Shown here: positions 38,362 to 48,679 of the stretch, one piece after another
How the letters are laid out: every line of letters starts with the position of its first letter
Position numbering within the stretch: position 1 is the stretch's first letter
Position numbers and translations under genes: made by a program
The notes under the pieces: generated by a model
The model's input: only the letters and a program-made list of their open reading frames with translations
What the model was told of the DNA's origin: nothing
The model's database searches: none
Source of the DNA: Gemmatimonadota bacterium
GTDB lineage: Bacteria; Gemmatimonadota; Gemmatimonadetes; Palauibacterales; KS3-K002
Direction of reading: 5' to 3'
Assembly (NCBI GenBank): GCA_039586795.1
Contig: JBDHJS010000005.1
Coordinates: 32,001-96,000, forward strand
DNA length: 64,000 nucleotides

Positions 38362-39308
38362 CACTCGTAGACCTCTCGGAAGCGTTTCAGAACGAAGCGG
38401 CTCAAGATATTGAGCGACAACGTAATCAAGAACAACAACAGCCCAACCGCGAAGATCGTCCTGTACTCGATGCTGCCAAACGGCGTATCACCCAGACTGA
38501 CCTGGACGATATAGGCGGTCATCGTCTGGATACTCTCCAGCGGGTTGAGCGTCAGCTTCGGAGTGGCTCCCGCCGCCAGCGTCACCGCCATGGTCTCACC
38601 AATCGCCCTGGAGATTGCCAGTATGAAGGACGCGATAATGCCAGAGAGCGCCGCCGGCACGACGACGCGAGTCACCGTTTCGAACTTCGTGGCGCCAAGC
38701 CCGAGGGAAGCCTCGCGCAGTGCGCGAGGAACCGAACGCAGCGCGTCCTCCGAGAGAGAGGCGACCATCGGGACGATCATGATTCCGACCACGACCGCCG
38801 CGCTCGCCGCGTTGAAGACACTGGTGTCGGGAAAGACCTTGCGAATGAGTGGCGTGATGAACGTCAGCGCGAAGTAGCCGTAGACGACCGTGGGGATTCC
38901 CGCCAATACCTCGAGTATCGGCTTGAGGATCTTGCGGGCTCGCTCAGGCGCGTACTCAGCAAGAAAGATGGCGCTCGCCAGGCCAACCGGGAGCGCGATG
39001 AACGACGCACCCACCGCTACTAGGAAAGACCCGGCCACCAGGGGCAGCACACCAAAATGCTGCGGCCTGAAAAGGGGCGTCCACTTCGTATCGGTGAGAA
39101 ATTCCCAGGGTGAGACCTCGATGAAGAATCCGAAGGACTCCCACGCCAGCACGATGACGATCCCGGCCGTAGTGAGGATCGACACCAGTCCACACGCCAG
39201 TAAAGCGCCGCGAACACCGCGCTCGCGCCACGCCCGACCTCTCGACATCGCCAGCGTGTGACGCCCGGTGCCGGACGATATCGCTGCCTCGTTCACTGCC
39301 TGTGACAA
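38361..39308 (-). CDS. pstC: Phosphate ABC transporter permease
   Basis: [21 protein letters not shown]. Confidence 0.95.
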   Translation of the reverse strand: MSQAVNEAAISSGTGRHTLAMSRGRAWRERGVRGALLACGLVSILTTAGIVIVLAWESFGFFIEVSPWEFLTDTKWTPLFRPQHFGVLPLVAGSFLVAVGASFIALPVGLASAIFLAEYAPERARKILKPILEVLAGIPTVVYGYFALTFITPLIRKVFPDTSVFNAASAAVVVGIMIVPMVASLSEDALRSVPRALREASLGLGATKFETVTRVVVPAALSGIIASFILAISRAIGETMAVTLAAGATPKLTLNPLESIQTMTAYIVQVSLGDTPFGSIEYRTIFAVGLLLFLITLSLNILSRFVLKRFREVYE

Positions 39309-39315
39309 ACTCTGT

Positions 39316-40245
39316 TTACCCTATCTCTCTCAGCGCTGATTCGCGTTGCTCCGCCGGCACTGGAACGTAGCCCACGTCGAGAGCGAGTTCCTCGACTCTG
39401 GACAGGTAGTATCGCATGAAGGTGACGACCTCCTGCCGCTGAAGCCGGTTGCGATCGACGTACAGAAACAGCGGTCGTGTCAGAGGTCGGTATTCGCCGC
39501 TAGCGATCGTTTCGTGCGTTGGCGCCACGCCTCCGCTGCCAGCGTCAACAGCCACGAGCTTCAATAGATCCGGGCTCTCCACGTAGTAAGCGTGTCCGAA
39601 GTAGCCCAGTGCACCCCGATCGCCCGACACCCCATGCACCAAGACGTTGTCGTCTTCGCTGGCCGCGAAGTCGGCACGGCTCGCATCTTCTTCGCCAACG
39701 ATCGCCTGGGTGAAGTAGTCGAACGAACCGGAGTCGATCCCGGGACCATAGAGCGAGATCTCCAATTCCGGCCACTCCGGTCGCACATCGCTCCATCTAT
39801 TCACGGAGCTGCCAGGCTCCCAGATGCGGCGCAACTCGCTGACCGTCAGGCAAGAGACGAACTCGTTCTCCGGGTTCACCACCACCGACAGACCGTCCAA
39901 CGCGATCTGGAGCTCCAGTGGATCCACACCGTTGCTTCGACAGCGTTCTAGTTCGCTCGCCTTGATCTTTCGTGACGCATCGGCGATTTCCGACTCACCG
40001 GCGCAGAACTTCTTAAAGCCGCCGCCCGTCCCCGACACACCAACCGCCACGCGGATCCGTTGGTGCTCAGACTGGAACTGCTCGACGACCGCTTCCGTTA
40101 TGGGGTATACCGTGCTGGATCCATCAATATGGATCGAGCCCTCTGCCCCTCCGGCACCTTCACCGGCGCAACCGGCGGCCGCCGCCACAAGCAACGGCAA
40201 GGCCAGGATCTGCGCTGATCGTACCAATCCTACCCGCCTTGTCAT
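39316..40245 (-). CDS. pstS: Phosphate-binding lipoprotein
   Basis: Lipobox [35 protein letters not shown]. Confidence 0.95.
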   Translation of the reverse strand: MTRRVGLVRSAQILALPLLVAAAAGCAGEGAGGAEGSIHIDGSSTVYPITEAVVEQFQSEHQRIRVAVGVSGTGGGFKKFCAGESEIADASRKIKASELERCRSNGVDPLELQIALDGLSVVVNPENEFVSCLTVSELRRIWEPGSSVNRWSDVRPEWPELEISLYGPGIDSGSFDYFTQAIVGEEDASRADFAASEDDNVLVHGVSGDRGALGYFGHAYYVESPDLLKLVAVDAGSGGVAPTHETIASGEYRPLTRPLFLYVDRNRLQRQEVVTFMRYYLSRVEELALDVGYVPVPAEQRESALREIG

Positions 40246-40306
40246 ACAGTTTCTCCAGTCCTCTTACCCTGGTCGTGACAAGCTACGCGATTCGATTCAA
40301 GGGCAA

Positions 40307-40333
40307 GTAACCAGTGTGTAACAGTCTTGTATC
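40307..40333 (-). promoter_or_regulatory. Candidate PHO box
   Basis: Minus strand GATAC-N6-GTTAC-N6-GTTAC, 11-bp period, upstream of pstS. Confidence 0.6.
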
Positions 40334-40545
40334 GCCGCGATGCCCGATCATATGGCCAGAATCCGGGCCTTTCAAGAAATGCCCGCCGTTGAACCTGGCT
40401 CTAGAATCCCTCGTTCTTCAAGCATGGGACTGCCGATCGGGCCCCGGCCGAGCCGGTGCCCGGAGATTGTTGATCCGGACGCGCGGGCGACGCAGTTTGT
40501 TACCTTGGCACCGGCAGGTCGACGGCTTTGACGGGGCCCTACAAA

Positions 40546-41010
40546 ATGAGGTGTGCGGTGGCCAATCTGAAGCGGATACTAGTGGAGATCCACAGGAGAT
40601 CGCTGTGGCAAGCCTTTGTCGCCTACGTCATAGTGTCAATCGTGGTGTTCGAGGTGAGCGTTGCCATCGCCGATCGACGAGATCTTCCAGAATGGTTCAC
40701 TCTATTCTCCATCGTTCTGCTGGTCATCGGGCTTCCCGTGGTCCTGCTAACCGCCGCGCTTCAGGAAGGTATCCCCCAGATGGGGAGATCCGACCCGACG
40801 CTCAGGGTAGACGAAAACAATCCAGAGTCGCCGCACCAGGCTAGACCGGAGGGCTTTCGACGCATCTTCACGTGGCGAAACGCCATACTGGGGGGCGTCG
40901 CTGCGTTCACATTGTGGGCCCTCGTCGCCGCCGGTTGGCTTGCCTTAGCCGGCGAGTTGGTTGACGGAATGAGCGCGTCGCCCGAGTCGGCGGTCGAGGG
41001 TGAGCCGTAA
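40546..41010 (+). CDS. Small 3-TM membrane protein
   Basis: EIHRRSLWQ....Y, LPEW, IGLPVVL.TA, R.FTWRNAILGG; start uncertain (40546 or 40558). Confidence 0.7.
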   Translation: MRCAVANLKRILVEIHRRSLWQAFVAYVIVSIVVFEVSVAIADRRDLPEWFTLFSIVLLVIGLPVVLLTAALQEGIPQMGRSDPTLRVDENNPESPHQARPEGFRRIFTWRNAILGGVAAFTLWALVAAGWLALAGELVDGMSASPESAVEGEP

Positions 41011-41021
41011 TTCCTTCATCG

Positions 41022-43322
41022 ATGCTTCTTCCTCTGGCCCTCTTGTTTGTCCAGAGCATCGTTTCGATTGACGATGCGCCGCCGCCGATTGAGGGCTATC
41101 TCGACCTCGAGCACATCACTACCGTCGAGGTGTCGACCGACGGTCGCTCAGTCGCCTTCATCGTGCAGGCCGTAAGCGGCGACAGTTACACAAGCACGCT
41201 ACACACCTGGGAGCGCCGCACCGGCGTCCAAGCTCTCGCCGCCACCTTCACCGACGTTCGCTCGCCAGGATGGTCACCGGATGGCGAGTGGCTCGTGTTC
41301 ATAGCGAAGAACCCGGCGGCGCCGTCCAGCGATGCGCCCGATCAGCTTTGGGCTCTTCCCCGCTTCACCGACGAGCCGCTACATCTGAGCGAGATCTCCA
41401 GCCGCATAATCGAGTTCGGCTGGACGCCCGATGGGTCCTTGCTGGTCCTGACGGAAGAGGAGCCAGGTGATCTCCGAAGTTTCTGGCGCCTTCGGATCAG
41501 ACAGGGCGAAGCCGAGCGCATCTGGGAAGGCGACCCGGGAATCCGCGACATGGCGGTGAGCCCGGATGGCCGGATGATCGCGTTCAGCAGTAACGGAAGC
41601 GCCACGCCCGAGAACTTCCTGAACTACGATATCTGGTTGCTCGATATTGAAGGGGCGAGAGCGCGCCGGCTCACATCGCGAGCCGGGCCGGAGGTGGAGC
41701 CGGTCTGGACGCCGGACGGCGAAGGGGTCGTCTTCCGCGCCCCACAGAGCACGCAGTCGATCCATTCGCAGATCGAGCTCTTCCGCGTCTCCGTTGCAGG
41801 CGGCGCTCCTCAGATGCTGACCGCCGCCTTCGACCGGTCGGTCGTCCAACATCTCTGGCCGTCCTCGGGTGACCTCCTGTTCACTGCCGCCATCGGCATG
41901 TACACCCACGTATTCGAGCTACAGATGAGCGGTGCCATCGAACAGGTGTTGGGCGGAGCATACAACTTCGGGCCGTTCGACGCGCGCGGTGTGGGCACGA
42001 CGATCTATGCGGTGCGAGAATCGGCGACGGAAGCGCCGGAGCTTTGGCGCGCCGGTATCGAAGAATCGGAACGACTCACCACATTGAACGCGGCTGTCGA
42101 CTCGTGGCGCGCTGGCCGACAGTCCGTCATCCAGTGGACGGCACCGGATGGCCTGGCGATCGAAGGACTGCTGATCCTTCCCGTCGAATTCACCGAAGGC
42201 GACCGCTATCCGCTGCTTGTCAATCCCGGTCGTGGACAGGGAACGCGGGTTCGCAACGTTCTGGCGAACCTTGAAGCGTACCAACCGTTGGCGGCACAAG
42301 GCTATGCGGTGCTCGCGGCCAACGTGAGAGGGAGCATCGGCTATGGGGAAGCCGTCTTAACCGCCAGTCGCAACGACCTGGCCGGCGGCGAGCTCGCCGA
42401 TCTCATAGCTGGCGTGGATTACGTGATCGACCTCGGTATCGCCGATTCAACGCGTTTGGCGGTCTTCGGTAGCGAATACAGCGGCTACACGTCAACTCGG
42501 GCAATCACCGAGACGAGACGCTTCAACGCCGCGGCGGCGTCTTTCACCGCGAGAGACCCACAGGCGACCGGCTATGAGTTCTCCGATCTCGCGGTCACAC
42601 TCTCGACTACGGCTGGACTCGATGGATTTGGCTACGAAGACTCGCCATTGCAGCGCGCCGGCGCCGTCCAGACGCCGCTCCTTATAATAGACGCCGCCGA
42701 TGAGTCGAGTGTGCTGGCCGACCGCGCTCGGCAGCTGTACCGATCGCTGACCGATCTCGGGCGCGTCGCGGTCAACGTCGGCATTGACGACATAGGGCGC
42801 GCTGGTCGGGGCGCGCAGCTCGACGCCGAGATCTTCTTTCGCCAGCTGCGCTGGTTCGACCGCTACCTGAAGTTCGGCGGTGCCGACTTCTACGAGTTCT
42901 ACAGAATCGGCGAGTGGGTCAGCGGGCCGAACGATTGGCAGATGCGGGTGCGCCGCCTTGATGCCGGCACGGCCTACTCAGGGATCGTTCCACCGGACGG
43001 GCGTTACCTGGAGCTCGCTCTCGACTTCCGCCCCGACCCTGATGCCCGGCGCCCTGGCGGACTGGATCTCGATCCGACGGCGGCCGTCAGCCTGGTCGAT
43101 CCCGACGGGGGGCAGGTGCGGCCGGCCGGAATGGTGGTCCATTTGCCGGGCGGCGAGATCCTGATCGACGACAGTGCAACAGCCGTGCGGGTGCCATCTC
43201 CAGAGGCTACCAGCGCAGTGAGCCTGCGGCTCGCCTTCGTGGCGTCGAACGCGGCGGCGGCGTATCACCTGAGGATCGCCGGTTTCGCGCCCGTCCGGGT
43301 TTGGGGTTCGGACGAGCGGTGA
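41022..43322 (+). CDS. Exported S9 peptidase homologue (TolB-like propeller + alpha/beta hydrolase + extra C-terminal domain), catalytic residues degenerate
   Basis: WSPDG repeats, DG..IEGLL..P, YPLLV, N.RGS.GYG; elbow GSEYSG instead of GxSxGG. Confidence 0.8.
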   Translation: MLLPLALLFVQSIVSIDDAPPPIEGYLDLEHITTVEVSTDGRSVAFIVQAVSGDSYTSTLHTWERRTGVQALAATFTDVRSPGWSPDGEWLVFIAKNPAAPSSDAPDQLWALPRFTDEPLHLSEISSRIIEFGWTPDGSLLVLTEEEPGDLRSFWRLRIRQGEAERIWEGDPGIRDMAVSPDGRMIAFSSNGSATPENFLNYDIWLLDIEGARARRLTSRAGPEVEPVWTPDGEGVVFRAPQSTQSIHSQIELFRVSVAGGAPQMLTAAFDRSVVQHLWPSSGDLLFTAAIGMYTHVFELQMSGAIEQVLGGAYNFGPFDARGVGTTIYAVRESATEAPELWRAGIEESERLTTLNAAVDSWRAGRQSVIQWTAPDGLAIEGLLILPVEFTEGDRYPLLVNPGRGQGTRVRNVLANLEAYQPLAAQGYAVLAANVRGSIGYGEAVLTASRNDLAGGELADLIAGVDYVIDLGIADSTRLAVFGSEYSGYTSTRAITETRRFNAAAASFTARDPQATGYEFSDLAVTLSTTAGLDGFGYEDSPLQRAGAVQTPLLIIDAADESSVLADRARQLYRSLTDLGRVAVNVGIDDIGRAGRGAQLDAEIFFRQLRWFDRYLKFGGADFYEFYRIGEWVSGPNDWQMRVRRLDAGTAYSGIVPPDGRYLELALDFRPDPDARRPGGLDLDPTAAVSLVDPDGGQVRPAGMVVHLPGGEILIDDSATAVRVPSPEATSAVSLRLAFVASNAAAAYHLRIAGFAPVRVWGSDER

Positions 43323-43439
43323 CCCCGGACTTCCCGACACAAAGCCCGATTAGCGTCCCCCTCTGGACAGTGGACGGGTCGGCGGCCCAGTTTGGGGCCC
43401 GGCCATTCCGCTTGCGGTGAACCGACAACGAGGTCACGA

Positions 43440-44996
43440 ATGGGACTGAAACTGAGTCGTCGACGCGTATACTACTTCATCGGAGTCTTGGTGCTGCTGG
43501 CTGCCCTGGCCGCGTCGGGCAACTTCCCCGTGCGGGACGGTCACTACGGTTTCTGGTCGGTGCTACCACCTGCCGTGGCCATCATCCTCGCCTTCGCCAC
43601 CCGGGAAGTGATCAGCTCCCTGTTCATCGGGATCGCGCTGGGCGGCGTAATCAGCGGAAAGCTGAACATCGTGCAGGAGTACCTGATCCCGTCGATCGGC
43701 AGCGAGAGCTACGCGTTGATCTTGCTCGTCTATCTCTGGTCGCTCGGCGGCCTGATCGGTTTGTGGACGCGTACCGGCGGTGCCCTGCGCTTCGCGGAAT
43801 GGGCGGGCGCCTTGATGGTGGTCGGGCCGCGATCCGCCAAGTTCTTCGCCTGGCTGATGGGAATCATCTTTCACCAGGGCGGGACGATCAGCACGGTGCT
43901 TACCGGAACCACGGTTCGCCCCGTCACCGACAAGTACAATGTCTCGCATGAAGAGGTGTCCTACATAGTCGACTCGACCGCGTCTCCCGCGGCTACGCTG
44001 ATCCCGTTTAACGTCTGGCCCATCTACGTGGGCGGTTTGGTGGTTGGAACCGTTCCCTTCCTCAGCACGACCTCGGAAGCGGTCGGCTACTTTTTCAAAG
44101 CGTTGCCATTCAACTTTTACGCCTGGTTCGCTGTCTTGTTCACACTGCTCTTCTCGTTGGAGAAGATGCCCTTCATGCCCGGCAAGCTGTGGGGGAACGT
44201 GCCACTGGTTGTCGGTCGCAAGATGTCCAACGCGATTCAGCGGTCCCGAGAGACGGGCGAGCTCGACCGGCCAGGCTCACAGCCGCTGACGTCGGAAGAG
44301 CTGACCGTGGTCAAGGTGGCGGAGGGCTACAAGACCGGGCTGATCGACTTCTTTGGCCCGATGGGTACGCTGCTCGGCGTCGCTATCCTTCCCTACCTCT
44401 ACACGTTCTTCATCCTGGGATCGGAACAGCCAACTTTGCTCATCGCCGAAGCGTTCATGTTGGCCGTGCTGGCGGGCATTGCCATCGCTCTTTGGAAGGG
44501 GATGTCGCTGAAGAACGTAATCGGCGCGGTGGTGGACGGCTGTAAGGGTGTGACTATCGGCGCTATCGTGCTCGCGCTTGCCGTGACGCTCAAGAGCGTC
44601 GCCGACTCCGTCGGCACGGCGGCCTACCTCATCGATGTCAGCGGCGGATTCCTGACCCCGCTCATCGTACCGGCGCTCTTCCTTCTGCTCTGCATGGTGA
44701 TCGCGTTCTCTACCGGCACATCGTGGGGCACTTACGCCGTCGTCTTCCCCGTGGCGATGCCCCTGGCCTACTCCGTCAGCCAGGACCCGCTGTTCATGCT
44801 GATCTGTTTCGGCGCCGTGACCGGCGGTAGCGTGTTCGGTGATCAGTGCTCGCCGATCTCCGACACGACGATCCTATCATCGCTGGCGACCGGGGCCGAC
44901 TTGATGGACCACGTCTATACGCAGATCCCGCTGGCCCTCACCGCCGCCGGGCTGGGCGCCGTACTGTATACGCTTCTGGCGGCCTTCGCGATCTGA
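43440..44996 (+). CDS. NhaC-family ion/solute transporter
   Basis: WS.LPP, YIVDSTA.P, F.TGTSWGT, VFGD.CSPISDTTILSS, HV.TQ. Confidence 0.9.
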   Translation: MGLKLSRRRVYYFIGVLVLLAALAASGNFPVRDGHYGFWSVLPPAVAIILAFATREVISSLFIGIALGGVISGKLNIVQEYLIPSIGSESYALILLVYLWSLGGLIGLWTRTGGALRFAEWAGALMVVGPRSAKFFAWLMGIIFHQGGTISTVLTGTTVRPVTDKYNVSHEEVSYIVDSTASPAATLIPFNVWPIYVGGLVVGTVPFLSTTSEAVGYFFKALPFNFYAWFAVLFTLLFSLEKMPFMPGKLWGNVPLVVGRKMSNAIQRSRETGELDRPGSQPLTSEELTVVKVAEGYKTGLIDFFGPMGTLLGVAILPYLYTFFILGSEQPTLLIAEAFMLAVLAGIAIALWKGMSLKNVIGAVVDGCKGVTIGAIVLALAVTLKSVADSVGTAAYLIDVSGGFLTPLIVPALFLLLCMVIAFSTGTSWGTYAVVFPVAMPLAYSVSQDPLFMLICFGAVTGGSVFGDQCSPISDTTILSSLATGADLMDHVYTQIPLALTAAGLGAVLYTLLAAFAI

Positions 44997-45089
44997 CCGG
45001 AACCGTCGCGTAGCGGACAGTGTAGAGGGAACTGGCGCAGGGACCGCTGCGCCGCCGTCTCTCCTCCGTCGGTGTCCCGGAGCAACGTG

Positions 45090-45911
45090 ATGCTACCGGA
45101 CGTCGCCCACAGGTCACAATCCCAGCTGGTCGCGGAAGTCCTTCTAAACAAAGGAGTTCTGACGCGTATCCAGCTCCAGCAGGCGGCTGCCGACGCGAAA
45201 TCGGCGCGCCGCAGCCTCGGCCATTCGCTGGTCTCGCTGGGGCTGATCTCGGAGGCCGCGCTTCTGAAGTTGCTGTCAGCCGTCTACAAGGTCCGCTCGG
45301 CCGATGTGTCCCGGATAAGCCGGATTCCGCCTAGCGTGCTGGAGGCATTGAGCGCCAGCGAGGCAAAGCACAACCTGGCGTTGCCGCTCCGCAGGAACGG
45401 CGGGACGCTGACTGTGGCCGTCGCTAATCCCGCGGATCTGGCGCTGCTGGAAAGGCTCCGCGAGGCGAGCGGCCTGGAGATCGAGCCCGTCGTGGCGCCG
45501 GACTTCGCACTGTTCGACGCGATCAAGAAGTACTACAAACCAGAGAAAACGCCGGGGCCTGCTACCGAGGCAAAGCCCGCACCAGCCGAGGCAAAGCCAG
45601 GACCAGCCGAAGCGAAGCCTGCCACGGCACCGCCAGCCGCTCAGCCCGCGCAAGACGCCCCCGCGGATAATACGGCGCCGGCGCCGCGTTCGAGATCGGG
45701 CCTGGACAGTTTTCGAGGAATGGACCTGAGCAGCGTGTTCGCGGGCAAGGGACTGTTCCTGGCGGGAGTCGCGATGATCGTACTGGGAGCGATCGTCATG
45801 ACTCTTTCATACGAGCCCACCGGCCAGGACACATCTTACTTCATCACCACGGCCCTTCTGTTCGTCGGCATCGCAGCGATCATGCGCGGCTTCTTTACGC
45901 TGGACGACTAG
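45090..45911 (+). CDS. GspE/PilB N-terminal (MshEN-like) domain protein with Pro/Ala linker and two C-terminal TM helices
   Basis: [33 protein letters not shown]; no ATPase domain. Confidence 0.75.
   Translation: MLPDVAHRSQSQLVAEVLLNKGVLTRIQLQQAAADAKSARRSLGHSLVSLGLISEAALLKLLSAVYKVRSADVSRISRIPPSVLEALSASEAKHNLALPLRRNGGTLTVAVANPADLALLERLREASGLEIEPVVAPDFALFDAIKKYYKPEKTPGPATEAKPAPAEAKPGPAEAKPATAPPAAQPAQDAPADNTAPAPRSRSGLDSFRGMDLSSVFAGKGLFLAGVAMIVLGAIVMTLSYEPTGQDTSYFITTALLFVGIAAIMRGFFTLDD
45558..45620 (+). repeat. Three 21-bp in-frame tandem repeats encoding xxxEAKP
   Basis: PATEAKP APAEAKP GPAEAKP. Confidence 0.85.
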
Positions 45912-47701
45912 CCACCGCCTTCTATTCCGCGTTTTATGGCGAGCTGTTCTTCTGTAGGTTCGGGAAGTGGGCTCAAGCTGAAAGTGTAGCGCGTTCTCGT
46001 CCGCACATTTGTCTCCGACACGATCTCCTCTCCAGCACGACGGTAGACGACCGTAAGCGGTGCGCCGACCGACCGCTCGTATTCCCGCACGAAGTCAGCA
46101 CCCCACTCCTCGTCCAGTACGTCGACCGTACCGACGGCGAGCAGTTCATCACCAGGAACGAGCCCGGCGTGCGCCGCGGAGCTGCCCGGCACTACCTGGC
46201 GCACGATGATGCGATCCTCGCGGTCGGCCCGCACCTGCACGCCAAAGAACGGCTCGACGATCGTATCCTGCCGGAACCGCATACCGGCCAACTCGAGGGT
46301 CTCGCTAAACGGCAGCGGCTCTCGGCCGTCCACGTAGTTGTCGTAGAACTCCCGCGCCGCGTCCGCGCCGATGAACTCGCCTATGTAATCGAGTACGTGA
46401 TCTGTTGTGAAACCGCGGCCCTGCAGATAGCTCTCTCGATAGAGCCGCCTCATCACATCGTCCAGGCTGCTGTTGTTGCCCGTGGCATGACGGATCCGAA
46501 TGTCCAGCAGGAGCCCCAGGAGCCCGCCCTTGGGGTAATAGATGTACTGGTCCACGAACGTCGGCTCGATCCACGTGTTCAGGCTCGCATCTTCGACAGC
46601 TTCGTGGACCGGCTGAGTCTCGAGGTTCTGAATCGCTTCCCGCATCGCCGCCCAGAACAGATCCGGGAACCACAAGCCCGACCTGACGAGGGTTACATAC
46701 CCATAGTAGTCGGTGATCCCCTCCGACACCCAAAGCAACGGTGTTGGCTGCTCCCGATCGTACTCATAGGGCCACAGCCCCGCCGGACGCATCCGCTTCA
46801 CGTTCCACGCGTGGTAGTACTCATGAGCCAGCAACGGATAGACGTTTCCTCGGAAGCTGAAGCGTGGCTGCTGAAAGACGACTGCGGGCATCAGGTCGAG
46901 GTGTGAGTCCGTGTGTTCGAGCCCGGCCAGGAACAAGAACCCTTCATTATCGAGGTAGATCAACGTGGTGTAGCGGTCATACGGCGGTACGCCGTCGAAC
47001 ATGTCGTGTATGGTGCCCGCGATCTTCTCCAGCGCCTCCATCGCCATCTCCGGCGCCGGGCTGCGCATGTACCGCGCGGGATAGACGGCCAGACGCGACC
47101 ATACGCCGTCGACGTGCACACTATCGATGAAGAAGCTGCCGATGAACGTGGGGTTGTCGACCAGCTCATGGTAATCCTGTGCGCGGAACACGAATGGGTC
47201 GCTCGTGCCGCCCAACTCGGTCGCCACCTTCCAACCCTCTGGCAGTTCGAGGCGGACCTCGGAACTGAAGTCGAATCCCGCCGGCGTTTCCGGATAGACG
47301 AAGAGATTGGTGCCGTTGAAGAAGCCGAAGTCGTGCCTCAGGAGGCTCATGTCGAGGGCGACGGTCTCTGCGGGATACTCGAAACTGATCGTTACTTCCG
47401 ATGTCCCCGCCGAAATGATGCGCCATGTGTCTTTGTCGACCTTGTCCCACCGCAATGGACGGCCGTCGGCTGACGCTTCGAAGTAACGAACGTGACGAGC
47501 GTAATCCTCGATCTTGTAGTGGCCAGGCGTCCAGGCCGGCAACGATACGAGCGTAGTATCGCCCTGAGCCGGAACAATTGCCTCCACGCTGTAAACTTTG
47601 ACCGTGGGGTCCTCGACGCGGACGCGATAGCGCACGTCCTGGCTCCACGCGGCCGACGTAACGACGGGAATCGACAGGAAAGCCACAACCCACTTCTTCA
47701 A
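45908..47701 (-). CDS. M61 glycyl aminopeptidase-like protein with PDZ domain
   Basis: AGGAGG + TTG start; P.WTPG.Y, GLEH, HEYYH.WN.KR.RP, W.SEG.T.YY, C-terminal PDZ. Confidence 0.92.
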   Translation of the reverse strand: MKKWVVAFLSIPVVTSAAWSQDVRYRVRVEDPTVKVYSVEAIVPAQGDTTLVSLPAWTPGHYKIEDYARHVRYFEASADGRPLRWDKVDKDTWRIISAGTSEVTISFEYPAETVALDMSLLRHDFGFFNGTNLFVYPETPAGFDFSSEVRLELPEGWKVATELGGTSDPFVFRAQDYHELVDNPTFIGSFFIDSVHVDGVWSRLAVYPARYMRSPAPEMAMEALEKIAGTIHDMFDGVPPYDRYTTLIYLDNEGFLFLAGLEHTDSHLDLMPAVVFQQPRFSFRGNVYPLLAHEYYHAWNVKRMRPAGLWPYEYDREQPTPLLWVSEGITDYYGYVTLVRSGLWFPDLFWAAMREAIQNLETQPVHEAVEDASLNTWIEPTFVDQYIYYPKGGLLGLLLDIRIRHATGNNSSLDDVMRRLYRESYLQGRGFTTDHVLDYIGEFIGADAAREFYDNYVDGREPLPFSETLELAGMRFRQDTIVEPFFGVQVRADREDRIIVRQVVPGSSAAHAGLVPGDELLAVGTVDVLDEEWGADFVREYERSVGAPLTVVYRRAGEEIVSETNVRTRTRYTFSLSPLPEPTEEQLAIKRGIEGGG

Positions 47702-47823
47702 CGGCGTCTCCTCCTGGTGTGAGGACCTACAGTCGTTTGCCCCGAGGGAGCGCCGCATCATATTCTTCACTGGCGATCGACGCCAGCATACCCATCCTCA
47801 AAAAGCCCTGACCGGAGGAACCG

Positions 47824-48675
47824 ATGTTCAGACTCCTCGCCATTGCCGCGTCGGCGGCATTCTGCGCGCTCGCCCTTGGCGGATCCACGTACGCTCAACA
47901 ACCCGACTACGAAACGACGCGACTCGCCGAGGGCGTATACCAGTTCAGGTATCAGTCGCACAACGCGATGTTCGTTGCGACAGGTGAGGGCGTCATCGCC
48001 TTCGATCCGATCTCTGTTGAAGCCGCCAGAATCTACAGGGAAGAGATCGGCCGCGTGACCTCGGAGCCGATCGTGGCCATCGTTTACAGTCACCACCACG
48101 CCGACCACATCACGGGCGCGGCCGAACTAGCGGCCAACGTTCCGATCTACGCTCACCAGCTGTGCTACGAGAACCTGCTGGTGGAACAGAGTCCCGACAT
48201 TCCACTTCCCAACCGCACGTTCTCAGGCGAGATGATGCTGCGGATCGGCGGAAAGGCGATACGGCTGATCTACCTCGGTCGGAACCACAGCGATAACTCC
48301 ATCGTCGCCCATCTGCCGGAACAAGGTATCATCTTCGCCGTAGACTTCGTGTCCAATGGTCGGGTCGGCTACCGCGACCTGCCCGGTTTCTTCCTCCCGG
48401 ACTTGTGGGAGTCGCTGGAGCGGATGCAGCAGCTCGAGTACGATCTGGCGATCTTTGGACACGGCGAGCCGGGTACGAAGAGCGACGTCTACGAGCAGAT
48501 CAACTACTGGACCGACCTACGGGAAGCCGTCGAATCGATGCTTCGGGCCGGGCTGTCGGAGGACGAGGCGGTTGACGCGATCGAGCTCCCGGCCTACTCC
48601 GATTGGAGCGGCTACGACGACTGGTTCAAAATGAACGCCCGGACCGTCTTCCAGTACTACGCCGGAATCGAATAG
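47824..48675 (+). CDS. Exported metallo-beta-lactamase-fold hydrolase
   Basis: Signal peptide; SHHHADH, NHS, D, GHG. Confidence 0.85.
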   Translation: MFRLLAIAASAAFCALALGGSTYAQQPDYETTRLAEGVYQFRYQSHNAMFVATGEGVIAFDPISVEAARIYREEIGRVTSEPIVAIVYSHHHADHITGAAELAANVPIYAHQLCYENLLVEQSPDIPLPNRTFSGEMMLRIGGKAIRLIYLGRNHSDNSIVAHLPEQGIIFAVDFVSNGRVGYRDLPGFFLPDLWESLERMQQLEYDLAIFGHGEPGTKSDVYEQINYWTDLREAVESMLRAGLSEDEAVDAIELPAYSDWSGYDDWFKMNARTVFQYYAGIE

Positions 48676-48679
48676 ACAG

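Noticed and set aside
45033..45053. sigma54 promoter TGGCGC-N5-CCGCT before the MshEN-like gene
   Set aside because: Poor -12 element; better explained as a hairpin (GGCGCAG/CTGCGCC) after the transporter gene
47824..48675. Metallo-beta-lactamase resistance gene (likewise the serine hydrolase at 62546-64000)
   Set aside because: Fold-level motifs are shared by many hydrolases; no mobile context and no specific family recognised
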